Positions 43,766-53,900 of a DNA stretch of 64,000 bases are shown piece by piece. This DNA is from Ostreococcus lucimarinus (Eukaryota). The stretch's first letter is position 1. Each line of letters starts with the position of its first letter. Both the position numbers and the translations under genes were made by a program. The notes below the pieces were generated by a model. The model searched no databases. It had not been told where the DNA came from and saw only the letters and a list, made by a program, of their open reading frames with translations. Location: NCBI GenBank assembly GCA_000092065.1, contig CP000600.1; one strand, given 5' to 3'.

Positions 43766-46700
43766 ATGTTCGCGCGCGCGAATCGCGGTCGCGAGACGGT
43801 CGACGTCGACGCGGGCGCGCCGACGTCGACGCGCGACGTCGGCGCGCGCGACGACGCGCGCGATGGCGCCGACGACGACGCTGATGACGACGACGTCGAT
43901 GACGCGTCGACGATGGGCGCGCTGAACGCGCGAACGCTGGCGACGCTCGCGCGAACGGGATCGCGACCGACGTCGCCGAGCGCGCGCGAACGACGCGCGG
44001 GAACGGCGACGGAGTCGAGGGCGAGCGAGACGCTGGAGATTCCAACGCGAGAGGTGGATTACGGACGCGGCGGCGCGGGAAGGACGGGATTGAAACCGGG
44101 AGACGTCGTGGCGCTCGTGACGCCGGAGGAGGGATACCCGTACGCGTGCGTGAGCGAAATCGACGAGGCGCGAGATGGAGAGCGACGGTATCGATACGCG
44201 ATCGATGCGGGAGGGAAGGGCGGGAACGCGGCGCTGCGGGAACGCGCGGAGACGCAGTTGGAGGTGTTGCAACATAACGGGTTCGTTGGGTTTCGAAGCG
44301 CGTTCGCGAGAGATCGATTGTTGCAAGCGACGCGACACGCGAGAAATCGGTTGGGGTTCGTGAGCGCGAATTTCGGGACGTGGGAGGAGTGGATTTTGGA
44401 CGAGGAGGAGAAGAGAAAGTTGAACGACGGCGCGTGGACGCGTTGCGAGGTGACGCTGAAGCATCGGCGGTTGGATGCGTATAGACTCAGAGTGACGATG
44501 GTGAGGGTCGGCCGCATCGTCGGTGCGGGCGTAGGAGATGGCGAGCAGGAGGAGTATAAGCTTGGCACGAGCGTGTCGCGACAGAGTACGCCGGGCGGGA
44601 CGACGCGAGCGCTCAGCGCTGTGGATCGCTTTCGATTAACGAGAGAGGGCGAAGCCGCCGAGGGTGGGCGCGGTGCTCCGTCGAGACCTCACGCCATGCA
44701 CGCCATGGGTGGCGCACTCATGAAAGAGTGGGCGGCGGCGCTCGAAAAAGAAGTCGCCGCGCGTCGCGTCATCGAGCAGGAACTCCACGACCTTCACGAG
44801 AGCGACGACAAGCTTAGGGAGTGGGCGCTCACGGAGCTCAACCGCCTACGACAGTTTGCGCAATCAGAAGTCGATTCATTAGCGGCCGAGGTTGAAGAAC
44901 GTAACAAAAAGATGGTCGATCTTAAGCAGCAGCGGCGTGCGCTGGAACTTCGAGCGAAGATGCTCGAAAGCCTCGACGAAGAGCGATTAAATTCCATCGT
45001 CGCTTCGTTTCGTGGGATGCAGCGCGGGACCCTGTTGCGACGGGCTTTCTCACACTGGCGCCGGGAGAGTGGTTCCATGGGCGTGATGCACAACAAGTCG
45101 ATTGAAAATGCGTTTGCGAGGTACCAAGCGAAAGACTACAAGAAAAATCTTTTGAAGAGGGCATTGGAAGTGTGGCGGCGCGAAGCGTCAAAGGAGAAGC
45201 GCGCTCGACGAGTGTACAGCTCCGTGCTCAATCGATATTGCCACGTCGCCTTCAGGACCTGGGCAAGCGAGATGCGCAGTAGCAAACTTCGACGTGAGAT
45301 CGCAGAGCGTATTGCACCCAGCCGCCGGATCGGTGTTCACCTGAACAACGCTCTGACGATCGGTTTCCAAATGCGCGGCGCGTTGAAGCAGCATCAGTTT
45401 CGCCGTTGCGTCGTAGCACACGCGCAAAAGATTACGGGCGTGCGCGTTGATCTCGTCGAAGCAGCTTTCGATTGCGGTGAAGAAATGGAAACTGCGGCTA
45501 CATATGCGCTCAGCGACTCGCTCAGCGATCCGCTCGGCTCAATAAACCTCGCCCGGGAAGCCGTTTTGAGACACGTGTCTGGAGACGACGTTGCCTCTGG
45601 CGCCGTTGTGCACGCGTTCGATCAAGGTATCGCCGTAGCGTCGAGAATGATTCAGGTCCGACAATCGTATATATGGATGAACGCAGACACCGTCGAAGAA
45701 GCTGCGGCTCTAACTGTGGCGTACGACCTCGGCGAAAGCTCTGACAACGCGTCAAGTCAAAATCGAGCCATGGCGCGCGGCAAGCTCATCGTCGATGTCT
45801 CGAAGCTACCACCGAGAATTTCTCGCTTAATCTTAGGTGCTTTCTACCGCGGTAATTTCGTACGCGACTACGCCGACTCGAGAATGTCGAATATCGACGA
45901 GAAAGACGCTTTCTGCGCTGGTTTAGAGGCGGGACTGTGTCAATACAAGCGACGTGAGTTTACTTCGCAGGCGAGATCGCCCGAGGAACTTCGACTGGTC
46001 GCCACTGCTTTCGATGGAGGTATCGCGTATGCGTGCTTGTCCTCGACTTCGAACTCGTACACTAAGGTGCAGATGGTTTTAGATTCGGTGGAAGATGAAA
46101 ATCAGCGAAGTGTGAGCTGGATGCGAGAAACACTCATGACGACGGTTGAAGTCGGCGCCGGCAACGTCGCTTCGACGAATACCGAGTTCCTCTTGCACAA
46201 GATTCTCTACCCTCTTCGCACTGATATGATGCGAGCAACACTTCATGCGTGGCGTAAGAAACATCGCGAAAGTAAGGAGGATGAGCTCACGGTGACTCGC
46301 TTCCAGAGGCGAGTCAATCGCCGCTTGGTCAAGGAGGCGTTATTCTCGTGGCGCAACTCGGCGTCGTTGAACAAGAAGCGATTCATGATCCTGCGACGCG
46401 TCGGTCTGAGGATTAAAAATGCATCCATGGCCAAATATTTCGATACATGGTCTGCAAACGTTGACAAACTCAGCGCTGATCGCGTAAGATTGACTCGTTT
46501 TAAGACGCGTTTGACGCATCGACTTCTCGCTGCAGCGTTTGCGGCCTGGGCTGAAGTCTCATCCAAGCGCGATGATCGCCTCGAAAAGATGGCAAACGTG
46601 TTGAACAAGCGCATGCGGCGATTTGAACTCTCTAAAGCTTTCGCGGGATGGGCCGACAAGGCTTTTACCGCGATTTCAAATCGTGAAAAGGCGAACAAGT

Positions 46701-47764
46701 TCATCGCCCGGTATCGCATGAGATTGCTCACGCGAACCCTCTACGGGTGGCACGAAAACGCTCAAAAGTCGAAGTCAAACCGAAAGAAGGTGCAAAAAGT
46801 GATATCGCGCTCGCAAAATCGTCTCGCGGCATCGGCATTTTACAAATGGAGAGAGTTAGTCACTTCCAAGTCGCGTCAATTACTGCTGCTACGACGTTTC
46901 GTCGATCGAATGCGCAACGGCGTAAAGGCGTCGGCGTTTGACAAGTGGTTCGAAGTGACGCAAAACGAAAAGCGTAAACGTGCCGTCATCACAAAAGTTT
47001 TCTCGCGTATCAAGAACGAGCAGATGGCGCACGCGTTCGGGCGCTGGCGCGAGTTCGCCGCGGAGTCGTACGACGCCAAGGTGAACCTACGCAAAATCGT
47101 CAGCCGCATGCTGCGCTTGCGTCTTTCACAAAGTTTCACGCTATGGAACGAAAATGTGGTTGAATTGCGACGCCAGCGCGCCGTTCTTGCTCGATTCGTC
47201 GGTCGCATGCGCAATCGATGCGTCACGGCCTGCTTTTACGCCTGGGTCGAGGCTCTCGAAGAGCGAAAACGCGCTTCGAAACAAGACGCGTACAGAGACA
47301 GACTCGTGGCAAACGTCCTGTGGCGCACGAACCGCTCGACGCTTCGGGCGGCGATGCACCAGTGGCGAATGGTGGTTGAGGAACGCGAGACGCATCGCGA
47401 GCTGATCCGACGCAATTTGCGTTCCAAACGCGTGGCACTGAACTTCTTCATGACTTGGTATTGGGACGCCTTTGATGGCGATATTCAATCCACCGTCGCG
47501 GACATGTTTGGTCAAACTCGTTCGTATATGAACGAAGCGTTCGATGATTTCGATGAAGGTTCCGCACAGGCCGCGCTCAACTTTGTGGGTTATTACGACG
47601 ACGACAAAGATATCGTGATCGACTCTCCGCCGCCGCCAACCTGGGAAGGCGACGCGGCTGGTATCCACGACGACGACGACGACGACGATGACGACGACAG
47701 ACTCTTCCACACGCCCGGGAAAGTCGGCCGTCGAGCCGACGATCAGGACGACTTTACGTATTAG
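43766..47764 (+). CDS. Sfi1-like centrin-binding repeat protein (centriole/basal-body), about 1332 aa
   Basis: The C-terminal 700 aa hold 15 or more spaced repeats of the form A-x-x-F-x-x-W-x-x, about 33 aa apart (AAAFAAWAEV, KAFAGWADKA, RTLYGWHENA, SAFYKWRELV, SAFDKWFEVT, HAFGRWREFA, QSFTLWNENV, ACFYAWVEAL, AAMHQWRMVV, ...). This is the Sfi1 repeat signature. The N-terminus is acidic, and a poly-D run sits near the C-terminus. The tracked start is TTG; first ATG at 43766. Confidence 0.5.
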   Translation: MFARANRGRETVDVDAGAPTSTRDVGARDDARDGADDDADDDDVDDASTMGALNARTLATLARTGSRPTSPSARERRAGTATESRASETLEIPTREVDYGRGGAGRTGLKPGDVVALVTPEEGYPYACVSEIDEARDGERRYRYAIDAGGKGGNAALRERAETQLEVLQHNGFVGFRSAFARDRLLQATRHARNRLGFVSANFGTWEEWILDEEEKRKLNDGAWTRCEVTLKHRRLDAYRLRVTMVRVGRIVGAGVGDGEQEEYKLGTSVSRQSTPGGTTRALSAVDRFRLTREGEAAEGGRGAPSRPHAMHAMGGALMKEWAAALEKEVAARRVIEQELHDLHESDDKLREWALTELNRLRQFAQSEVDSLAAEVEERNKKMVDLKQQRRALELRAKMLESLDEERLNSIVASFRGMQRGTLLRRAFSHWRRESGSMGVMHNKSIENAFARYQAKDYKKNLLKRALEVWRREASKEKRARRVYSSVLNRYCHVAFRTWASEMRSSKLRREIAERIAPSRRIGVHLNNALTIGFQMRGALKQHQFRRCVVAHAQKITGVRVDLVEAAFDCGEEMETAATYALSDSLSDPLGSINLAREAVLRHVSGDDVASGAVVHAFDQGIAVASRMIQVRQSYIWMNADTVEEAAALTVAYDLGESSDNASSQNRAMARGKLIVDVSKLPPRISRLILGAFYRGNFVRDYADSRMSNIDEKDAFCAGLEAGLCQYKRREFTSQARSPEELRLVATAFDGGIAYACLSSTSNSYTKVQMVLDSVEDENQRSVSWMRETLMTTVEVGAGNVASTNTEFLLHKILYPLRTDMMRATLHAWRKKHRESKEDELTVTRFQRRVNRRLVKEALFSWRNSASLNKKRFMILRRVGLRIKNASMAKYFDTWSANVDKLSADRVRLTRFKTRLTHRLLAAAFAAWAEVSSKRDDRLEKMANVLNKRMRRFELSKAFAGWADKAFTAISNREKANKFIARYRMRLLTRTLYGWHENAQKSKSNRKKVQKVISRSQNRLAASAFYKWRELVTSKSRQLLLLRRFVDRMRNGVKASAFDKWFEVTQNEKRKRAVITKVFSRIKNEQMAHAFGRWREFAAESYDAKVNLRKIVSRMLRLRLSQSFTLWNENVVELRRQRAVLARFVGRMRNRCVTACFYAWVEALEERKRASKQDAYRDRLVANVLWRTNRSTLRAAMHQWRMVVEERETHRELIRRNLRSKRVALNFFMTWYWDAFDGDIQSTVADMFGQTRSYMNEAFDDFDEGSAQAALNFVGYYDDDKDIVIDSPPPPTWEGDAAGIHDDDDDDDDDDRLFHTPGKVGRRADDQDDFTY

Positions 47765-48091
47765 CGCTGCGCGACATCACACCTCGCACGATTGTAATCG
47801 TCTAAAAAAGTAACTCGCGACGTCGCCTCGTCGAGCGAGGCGCGTGACCTCCTCCCCGACCGATCCCTTAACGATAAAAAATAATAATCCAAGAGGGTTT
47901 TGATCCCCCGACCTTCTCCGCGTTCGCGGTGACGCGCCACACTCGAGCGCGCGCGCCGGAGTCTGGGCGTTCGCCGATGTAAAGGAGACGCGCTTCCACT
48001 GCGCCATCGGATCGAGATAGCGCTTTATGTCGTATTATACGACATCATACCAACTAAATGATAAAATTTCAAATTTATCGCCCTCGCGTCG

Positions 48092-49045
48092 ATGATTCGT
48101 CCAAAGTTACGGGTTTTCGTTTCGAGCGCGGCCGGCGACGACCGACGCGCGTCGACGCGATTCGACGGCGCCGCGATGTCCGCGTGGACGTCCCCGCTCG
48201 AGCTCGGGGACGACGGGCACGATTTCGCGCGCACGCGCATCGACGAACGGCTCGAGCGCGCGCTCGCGGGACGTCGCGGGACGTACGCGCGGAAATCTCT
48301 CGCGCGCGCCTTCGTCGCGGACGCGCGCGAGGGCGCTCCGCGCGCGGCGCCGCGCGTCGTCGTCGTCGCCGTGGACAGCGAAGCGGGACGAGAGATCGCG
48401 CGCGCCGTCGTCCGAGGGACGCGAGGAAAGAAGTACGGCGCGGTGCTGAGCGCGGATGCGGATTGCGGCGAGGCGGCGCTCGGCGCGGAGGACGGCGACG
48501 ACGCGTGGACGACGCTGTACGAAAGCGGCGAGGGCGCGCCTCGAGTGGTGATAGCGGAGACGCTGAAGGACATATCGCCGACCGGCGCGCGGGCGTGGGC
48601 GCGAGAGACGCTGCGGGCGTGTGGGTGCGAGGAGGGGGGGGAGACGAAGGTGCTCGCGTTGACGTCGTGTTCGGAACACGAGACGAGCGAGGCGGAGATG
48701 TCGCTCGGGGCGATCGATCGCGTGGTGGCGTACGCGTTGGATACAACTAGAGTTCGCATGGATCGCGATGGGGCGTGGCCGGCGTCGCCGCGACCGTTAC
48801 CGGTGGGACTGTTGCTGCGATCGAACGGCGCGGCGGCCATCGCGAGCGCGTGCGAGGCGCTCGGCGTCGCCGCGCGCGTGATTGCGATTCCAGAGAGCGA
48901 ACCCGTGCGCGTGATCCACGGCGGCGCGGACGTGGGCGCGTCACGAGAGGCGGCGGCGCACGCGAGCGCACTCGTTGGGTGCGCGGTGGAGTGCGAGTTC
49001 AAGCCGCGAATGGCGCCGACTCGCGCGGAAAACTTGTACGCGTAG
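48092..49045 (+). CDS. Hypothetical protein, 317 aa
   Basis: Genuine ATG preceded by an AT-rich stretch (atgataaaatttcaaatttatcg). No recognisable domain. Confidence 0.35.
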   Translation: MIRPKLRVFVSSAAGDDRRASTRFDGAAMSAWTSPLELGDDGHDFARTRIDERLERALAGRRGTYARKSLARAFVADAREGAPRAAPRVVVVAVDSEAGREIARAVVRGTRGKKYGAVLSADADCGEAALGAEDGDDAWTTLYESGEGAPRVVIAETLKDISPTGARAWARETLRACGCEEGGETKVLALTSCSEHETSEAEMSLGAIDRVVAYALDTTRVRMDRDGAWPASPRPLPVGLLLRSNGAAAIASACEALGVAARVIAIPESEPVRVIHGGADVGASREAAAHASALVGCAVECEFKPRMAPTRAENLYA

Positions 49046-49148
49046 TACGTACGTAGGACTTCAAATATTTGTTACAAAACTGGACTTAGATGATACATAG
49101 TCGGCGCAAGCGTCCGCTGGTGTATTCAATTATTTGAGTGGTATTCTG

Positions 49149-50816
49149 CTATTTGACGTAGCCGTCGACCTCGGAGACCGGCAGCGCCGGAGAGTTCGGG
49201 CAGTGTTTCTTTACGATGCGAAGTAAATCGATGAGCACCAGTTCGCGTTTCTTTTTCCAAATCTTTTTGCCATAATGCGCGTCACCGTACATGAACAGCT
49301 CGATTTGAACTGAAAGATGGTCGACATCGATCTTCTTGAGCACGCAAAGCGGTGGCTTGTACGACGCGTGCACGTCGGGATGGTTCGTCAAGAAGGTCGT
49401 GATTTCCTCCGTCAGCGCCGGGATGCCTTCGTAATCAGGAATCGCTATGCGAAGCTGCGGTCCGACGAACTCGTTCGGTTCTCGAGAGGTATTGATGACG
49501 TTGGCGCCGAGAAAATAACCGTTCGGTATGGTGGTGACTTTGCCATCCTTGGGGATGAGTCTGGTTTGATACCAACCGATCTCGTCCACTTTATAATTGC
49601 TGACGTCTTTTTCCTTTGAATCTCGATACTTGCCGCCGCCGCCGGTGAGATAAATCTTTTCGCCAACCTTGAACGGGCGCATCACGGCGAGCACCAAGCC
49701 TCCGATGAGGTTACTTATGAAATCTTTCGCCGCCAAACCGAAAGCCAAACCTCCGAGGCCACCGAAAGAGAAGAGAACTTGGGCTGGAATGCCGAACGCG
49801 GCGAGCGTGAGCATGAGCGTGGCGACGACGACGAACGCGCTCGTGAGACGCGTGATGACGAGTTGTAGCGATGCGTCGTATCGTATCGACGGGAAAAATC
49901 TACCGAGTAATCTCGGTCCGTAGTTTTGAATCACCATCACGACCAAAATTCCCGTCGCGAACGTGTACGATCCTTTATCGAAGCCGAGCTTTATGTTATC
50001 CGGAATGTCCCATTCCGTGGATAACTGATCGATCATATCGCAACCGACGTCGAAGGCGTAGCTCAACACGAAGAGCGCTTGAATGAGCTGCATCGGTTGC
50101 CTGAACCAGTCCAGAAACGACCCTCGAAACGTTTTCGGCGTTCGAGAAGGGTTGAGCGCGTTCTTCGCGCGCTCCGCCGCCTCGAACAATTTTTCGCGTC
50201 CTCGACGGATGCACCAGTTCCACGCCACTAGCACCCACACGTCTTCGATGTGCCAATCCTCTTGCGTCTTCGCCTCGACGCGTCCCATGAAATCGCCCAC
50301 CGTCTGCAGGCTCGTCCGCATGGCGTCCGTCGTCGTCTTCCGCACCCTTCCGCGCAGCGCGTCAAACTCATCCAGCGCCCTCATCGCGCCCGCGCGCTTC
50401 CCCACCACCGTCGACGTCTTCACCCGATCCCCGGTTCCCGCGTTCGCCGCTCGCGGCGTCGCGAGCGCGCCCGTCGACGCCGCGAGCGCGAGCGCCGCCA
50501 ACAGCGCCGCGCGCCCCCCCCCCGGCGCCCTCCTCGCGCCGTCCGCGCGCGTCGTCGCGCCGTCCCATCGCGTCGCCGTTTCCTCGCGCTTCTCCCCCGT
50601 CGCCCTCGTCGCGCCGTCGTCCCGCGCCGCGCGCGCGCCGTCCATCGCGCCGCCGCCGCGTCGATTCCCAATCGTCGCGCGTCCCGTCGCGTCGTGCGTC
50701 GCGCGTCGTCGCGTCGCCGTCCATCGCGTCGCGAAACTCGCGCGCGCGCGTCGCGAAACGCGCGCGCGTCCCGTCGCCGCCGTCGTCGCCGTCGTCGCCG
50801 CCGTCGCGCGTCGCAT
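49149..50816 (-). CDS. MscS-like mechanosensitive ion channel (MSL/MSC1-like), plastid-type presequence, about 555 aa
   Basis: FGLAAKDFISNLIGGLVLAVMRPFKVGEKIYL...TTIPNGYFLGANVINTSR is the MscS pore-lining TM3 plus beta domain. The N-terminus MRRATAATTATTAATGRARVSRR... is cTP-like. The ORF's upstream extension (MYTSLRAVRIDR... x3) is read-through of a 99-bp tandem repeat, not coding. Confidence 0.8.
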   Translation of the reverse strand: MRRATAATTATTAATGRARVSRRARASFATRWTATRRRATHDATGRATIGNRRGGGAMDGARAARDDGATRATGEKREETATRWDGATTRADGARRAPGGGRAALLAALALAASTGALATPRAANAGTGDRVKTSTVVGKRAGAMRALDEFDALRGRVRKTTTDAMRTSLQTVGDFMGRVEAKTQEDWHIEDVWVLVAWNWCIRRGREKLFEAAERAKNALNPSRTPKTFRGSFLDWFRQPMQLIQALFVLSYAFDVGCDMIDQLSTEWDIPDNIKLGFDKGSYTFATGILVVMVIQNYGPRLLGRFFPSIRYDASLQLVITRLTSAFVVVATLMLTLAAFGIPAQVLFSFGGLGGLAFGLAAKDFISNLIGGLVLAVMRPFKVGEKIYLTGGGGKYRDSKEKDVSNYKVDEIGWYQTRLIPKDGKVTTIPNGYFLGANVINTSREPNEFVGPQLRIAIPDYEGIPALTEEITTFLTNHPDVHASYKPPLCVLKKIDVDHLSVQIELFMYGDAHYGKKIWKKKRELVLIDLLRIVKKHCPNSPALPVSEVDGYVK

Positions 50817-50851
50817 CGTCGTCGGCGTGTGCGGCGAATCGTCGGCACGAC

Positions 50852-51148
50852 CGACCGACCGGTCTATACGTATGGCACGCAGTGACGTATACATTATACC
50901 ACGCGCGCGCGTCTCTTTCATACCGTTCGAAACGCGTGGTGTATACACGGCGACCGACCGGTCTATACGTACGGCACGCAGTGACGTATACATTATACCA
51001 CGCGCGCGCGTCTCTTTCATACCGTTCGAAACGCGTGGTGTATACACGGCGACCGACCGGTCTATACGTACGGCACGCAGTGACGTATACATTATACCAC
51101 GCGCGCGCGCGCATCGCTTTCATACCGTTCGAAACGCGCTCTGTACGC
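50852..51148. repeat. Tandem repeat, 3 x 99 bp, in the divergent intergenic region between MscS-like (-) and the coiled-coil gene (+)
   Basis: Unit: cgaccgaccggtctatacgta(t/c)ggcacgcagtgacgtatacattataccacgcgcgcgcgtctctttcataccgttcgaaacgcgtggtgtatacacgg. Starts at 50852, 50951 and 51050 (period exactly 99). Each unit carries the palindromes GTATAC (x2) and TACGTA. A 22-bp direct duplicate, gcgcgtcggcacatcgtcgcgc, follows at about 51171-51215. Confidence 0.9.
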
Positions 51149-51398
51149 GCGGCGACGCGCGACACCACCGACCGCGCGTCGGCACATCGTCGCGCGCGCG
51201 TCGGCACATCGTCGCGCCTCGCGTCCGCGCCCTCGACGCGTCGCGGCGCGCGCGCTTCCCGCGAACGACGCGGAGATTCGCGTCCCGACGCGCGTTCCCA
51301 TCCCGGACGCGAACGACCCGCGCGACGATCGCGTCCGCGACTCGATTTGATTTCGACAACGATTTGATTCCGATTCGAATCGCGAATCGTCGCGCGCG

Positions 51399-52745
51399 AT
51401 GCCGACGGCGCGCGCGACGCGCGACGAGGACGCGTCGCTCGTGACGCTCGCCGCGCGCGCGACGGCGGGATCGGCGCGGTCGCGGTACGACGCGGCGCGA
51501 GCGACGCTCGGGATGATGACGGGGGAGTGGGACGCGAGGACGCGCGCGGGGGGGAAGAAGACGACGACGGCGCGAGAGCGAAGACGCGCGACGACGCGCG
51601 GGAACGCGGCGCGACGGGAGGGCGGGAAAGGGAACGCGAACGGTGACACGGGGTTGGGGCCGAATCCGTACGAGACGCTGCGGAAGAAATCGAGCGCGGT
51701 GTTGTTCGAGAACGAAGTCGCGTCGAGCGCGCGCGAGGTGGCGACGGCGCGGCGACGCGCGGCGGAGGAGTTGCGCGCGAGCGGATCGAAGAGAGACGCG
51801 ACGAAGGAGGAGAGGGAGGCGTTGATGCGGGCGGAAGAGTCGTTGGTGAAGGCAGAGAGGGCCGCGCGCGAGGTTGAGCGCGCGGCGAAGGCGGAGGCGG
51901 CGCGCGCGGCGAAGGAAGCGGCGGCGGCTGAGAAAGCCGCCGCGGCGGCATCGCGTTCGAGCGCCGCGCCGTCTTCGTCGTCTTCGTCGTCGAAACGATC
52001 CGCGGTTCGAGCGTCGAGCGACGGAAGAGCCACGGATAACGCGATGGGCGTCGTCGTCGAGGTTGGCAAGTTTGTCCTCCCAGCCGTCGTCGCGTGGTTC
52101 GCGCGTCAGCCGACGGTGAGGAAGCTTCGCACGGATTTGAACGCGATGACGACGGCGAAAATTCGCGCGGCGTTGGAAGCGACGAAGCTGCGCGCGCAAC
52201 TCGTCGAACTACGCGAGAAACTCGCCCTGGCCGAGGCTGAATCCGCCGACGTGCAGGCGGCGTCGGAAAAATTGATGACGCGCCGAAACTCCGTCAAGGA
52301 GGTGAAGTGCAAACAAATGGCGGTCGATCACGTGAACTTGGTCAAGAAGGTTCGAGCCGAAGCCGCGAAGGACGTTTCGGACGCCAAGGCCCTGGAAATA
52401 GGCGCGAGATGGCGCGAAGAAGCGTGTAGACGCATGAAGAATCGCGCCGTAGCCGAGGCGGAGACGCTGCGAGCGCAAATCGCCGCGTTGGAAAAGAAGG
52501 TAGACGACTTGGAGCACAAGCGGCACGCGGAGAACGTCGAGGCGGTAAAGAACACCGTGGTCGGGGGATTCGATAAAATCAAGTCGCTCGCGAAACACGC
52601 GTCGATGAAGATCGGCAAGAAGAAAAATGTGACGGAAGCCATCGAACACTTGGCGCCCCTCGCGGTCGAGGCGTCCTCGGGCGACGCGCGAGCGAACCGA
52701 CGGAAAGCGAAGGGAAAGAGCAAGAGCAAGAGCAAGAGCAAGTAG
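51399..52745 (+). CDS. Coiled-coil protein with R/A/T-rich N-terminus and KSKSKSKSK tail, 448 aa
   Basis: ATG confirmed. Long heptad-like E/K/A-rich segments. TGTAA lies 23 nt after the stop. No specific family. Confidence 0.4.
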   Translation: MPTARATRDEDASLVTLAARATAGSARSRYDAARATLGMMTGEWDARTRAGGKKTTTARERRRATTRGNAARREGGKGNANGDTGLGPNPYETLRKKSSAVLFENEVASSAREVATARRRAAEELRASGSKRDATKEEREALMRAEESLVKAERAAREVERAAKAEAARAAKEAAAAEKAAAAASRSSAAPSSSSSSSKRSAVRASSDGRATDNAMGVVVEVGKFVLPAVVAWFARQPTVRKLRTDLNAMTTAKIRAALEATKLRAQLVELREKLALAEAESADVQAASEKLMTRRNSVKEVKCKQMAVDHVNLVKKVRAEAAKDVSDAKALEIGARWREEACRRMKNRAVAEAETLRAQIAALEKKVDDLEHKRHAENVEAVKNTVVGGFDKIKSLAKHASMKIGKKKNVTEAIEHLAPLAVEASSGDARANRRKAKGKSKSKSKSK

Positions 52746-52877
52746 CGCCGCGTATTTGTTTGTTTGTAATCATCGTCATATGTTATTGGGAAAGTGATTT
52801 GTTTACAGTTGACTTGAGGGGGCGCGCGCTAAAAGTTGGTGGAACATCGTCTGGTGGAATCGTCTGGTGAAGCGAAG

Positions 52878-53900
52878 TCAAGGCAGCGTTTTGATCGTGC
52901 CCGCGTCGCCGAGCTCGCGGAGTCGAGTGAGGAACCGCAATACTTCACCCGAGTCGCGCAGGCTAAACTTGGCCGCGCTCACCTTGGGTGAGCTCGACAC
53001 CAGAAGTCCCACGCCCAAGTGATCGCCCAATTCTTCGTTAATCTCCATAAACGCGTCCTCATCCGTGACGTCGTCGCCGATGTAAATTGTGAAGACGTCT
53101 TCGGGTCTGAACCCCTTCTCGCTCAAGTCTGGGAGCAGGGCGTCTCGCAGGTACGACAGCGCCTTACCCTTATCCCACGCCACGCGTGGCCGAACCTCCC
53201 AAACCATCTTACCGTCGTGCTTGATCAAGCACTCCTCCGAGGCGCAAATCTCATCCACGACGGCTTCGACGCGAGGCCTGAGCTCTTCCGAAACCGCGCG
53301 GTAGTGCGCCGAGACGCAAAACATGTTGTGCTCGATGTTCGTCCCCGGAATGTCCGCACACTTTTCGATCAACTCCTTCGTCACGCGATCCATCACGTCG
53401 CGCGCCCACTGCGCGGGTTGATGCGCCAATTTCTTCTCAATCGGCTCGCCATCCGTCGTCGTCTTCGGCCCCGCGATGTCCAACCCGTGCGACCCGGCGT
53501 AGTACAACTCGTCCAGCTTTACGAACTGCGACACCTTCTGCCTCGATCTACCGCTGATGATCGCCGTGGGAAACCTTTTCGCGCACTGCCGCACCGCTTC
53601 CCGCATCTCGTCGCTCATGAACGCCTTATCCGGCTCCGGCACGATTGGCGCCAGCGTCCCGTCGTAGTCTAAAAACACCGTCAACAGTTTCCCCTCCGCC
53701 GCGTCGACAAACTTGTTTTCCTCGTCGCACGCGTTCGGGTGATACCCTCGCCACTCCTCCTCATCGTTCCAATACTTTTCAATCATCCCGATCGAATCGC
53801 TTCGCTTCATTCCCTGCTCCGCGCGCGGCATCTTTCCGAACGGCGGCCCCCGCGTGCGCACCTCCAGCGGCCCCCCGCGCGACATGTCCTTGTACGACAT
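52878..53900 (-). CDS. TPP: Trehalose-6-phosphate phosphatase (HAD family), 340 aa
   Basis: LTVFLDYDGTLAPIVPEPDKAFMSDEMREAV (DxDGT motif I) ...SGRSR...IYIGDDVTDEDAF (motif III), collinear with plant TPPs. The tracked start is GTG; first ATG (MSYKDMS) at 53900. Confidence 0.85.
   Translation of the reverse strand: MSYKDMSRGGPLEVRTRGPPFGKMPRAEQGMKRSDSIGMIEKYWNDEEEWRGYHPNACDEENKFVDAAEGKLLTVFLDYDGTLAPIVPEPDKAFMSDEMREAVRQCAKRFPTAIISGRSRQKVSQFVKLDELYYAGSHGLDIAGPKTTTDGEPIEKKLAHQPAQWARDVMDRVTKELIEKCADIPGTNIEHNMFCVSAHYRAVSEELRPRVEAVVDEICASEECLIKHDGKMVWEVRPRVAWDKGKALSYLRDALLPDLSEKGFRPEDVFTIYIGDDVTDEDAFMEINEELGDHLGVGLLVSSSPKVSAAKFSLRDSGEVLRFLTRLRELGDAGTIKTLP

Noticed and set aside
50852-51092. Repeated peptide MYTSLRAVRIDRSVAVYTPRVSNGMKETRARGI x3 as an N-terminal repeat domain of the MscS-like protein
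   Set aside because: It is the read-through of a 99-bp (3 x 33) DNA tandem repeat in the intergenic region. A plausible transit-peptide start (MRRATAATT...) lies downstream at 50816.
50083-52199. ORFs 50083..51444 (+), 50368..51951 (-), 51092..52069 (-) and 51120..52199 (-)
   Set aside because: They overlap the MscS and coiled-coil genes and the tandem repeat. Arginine-rich garbage frames.
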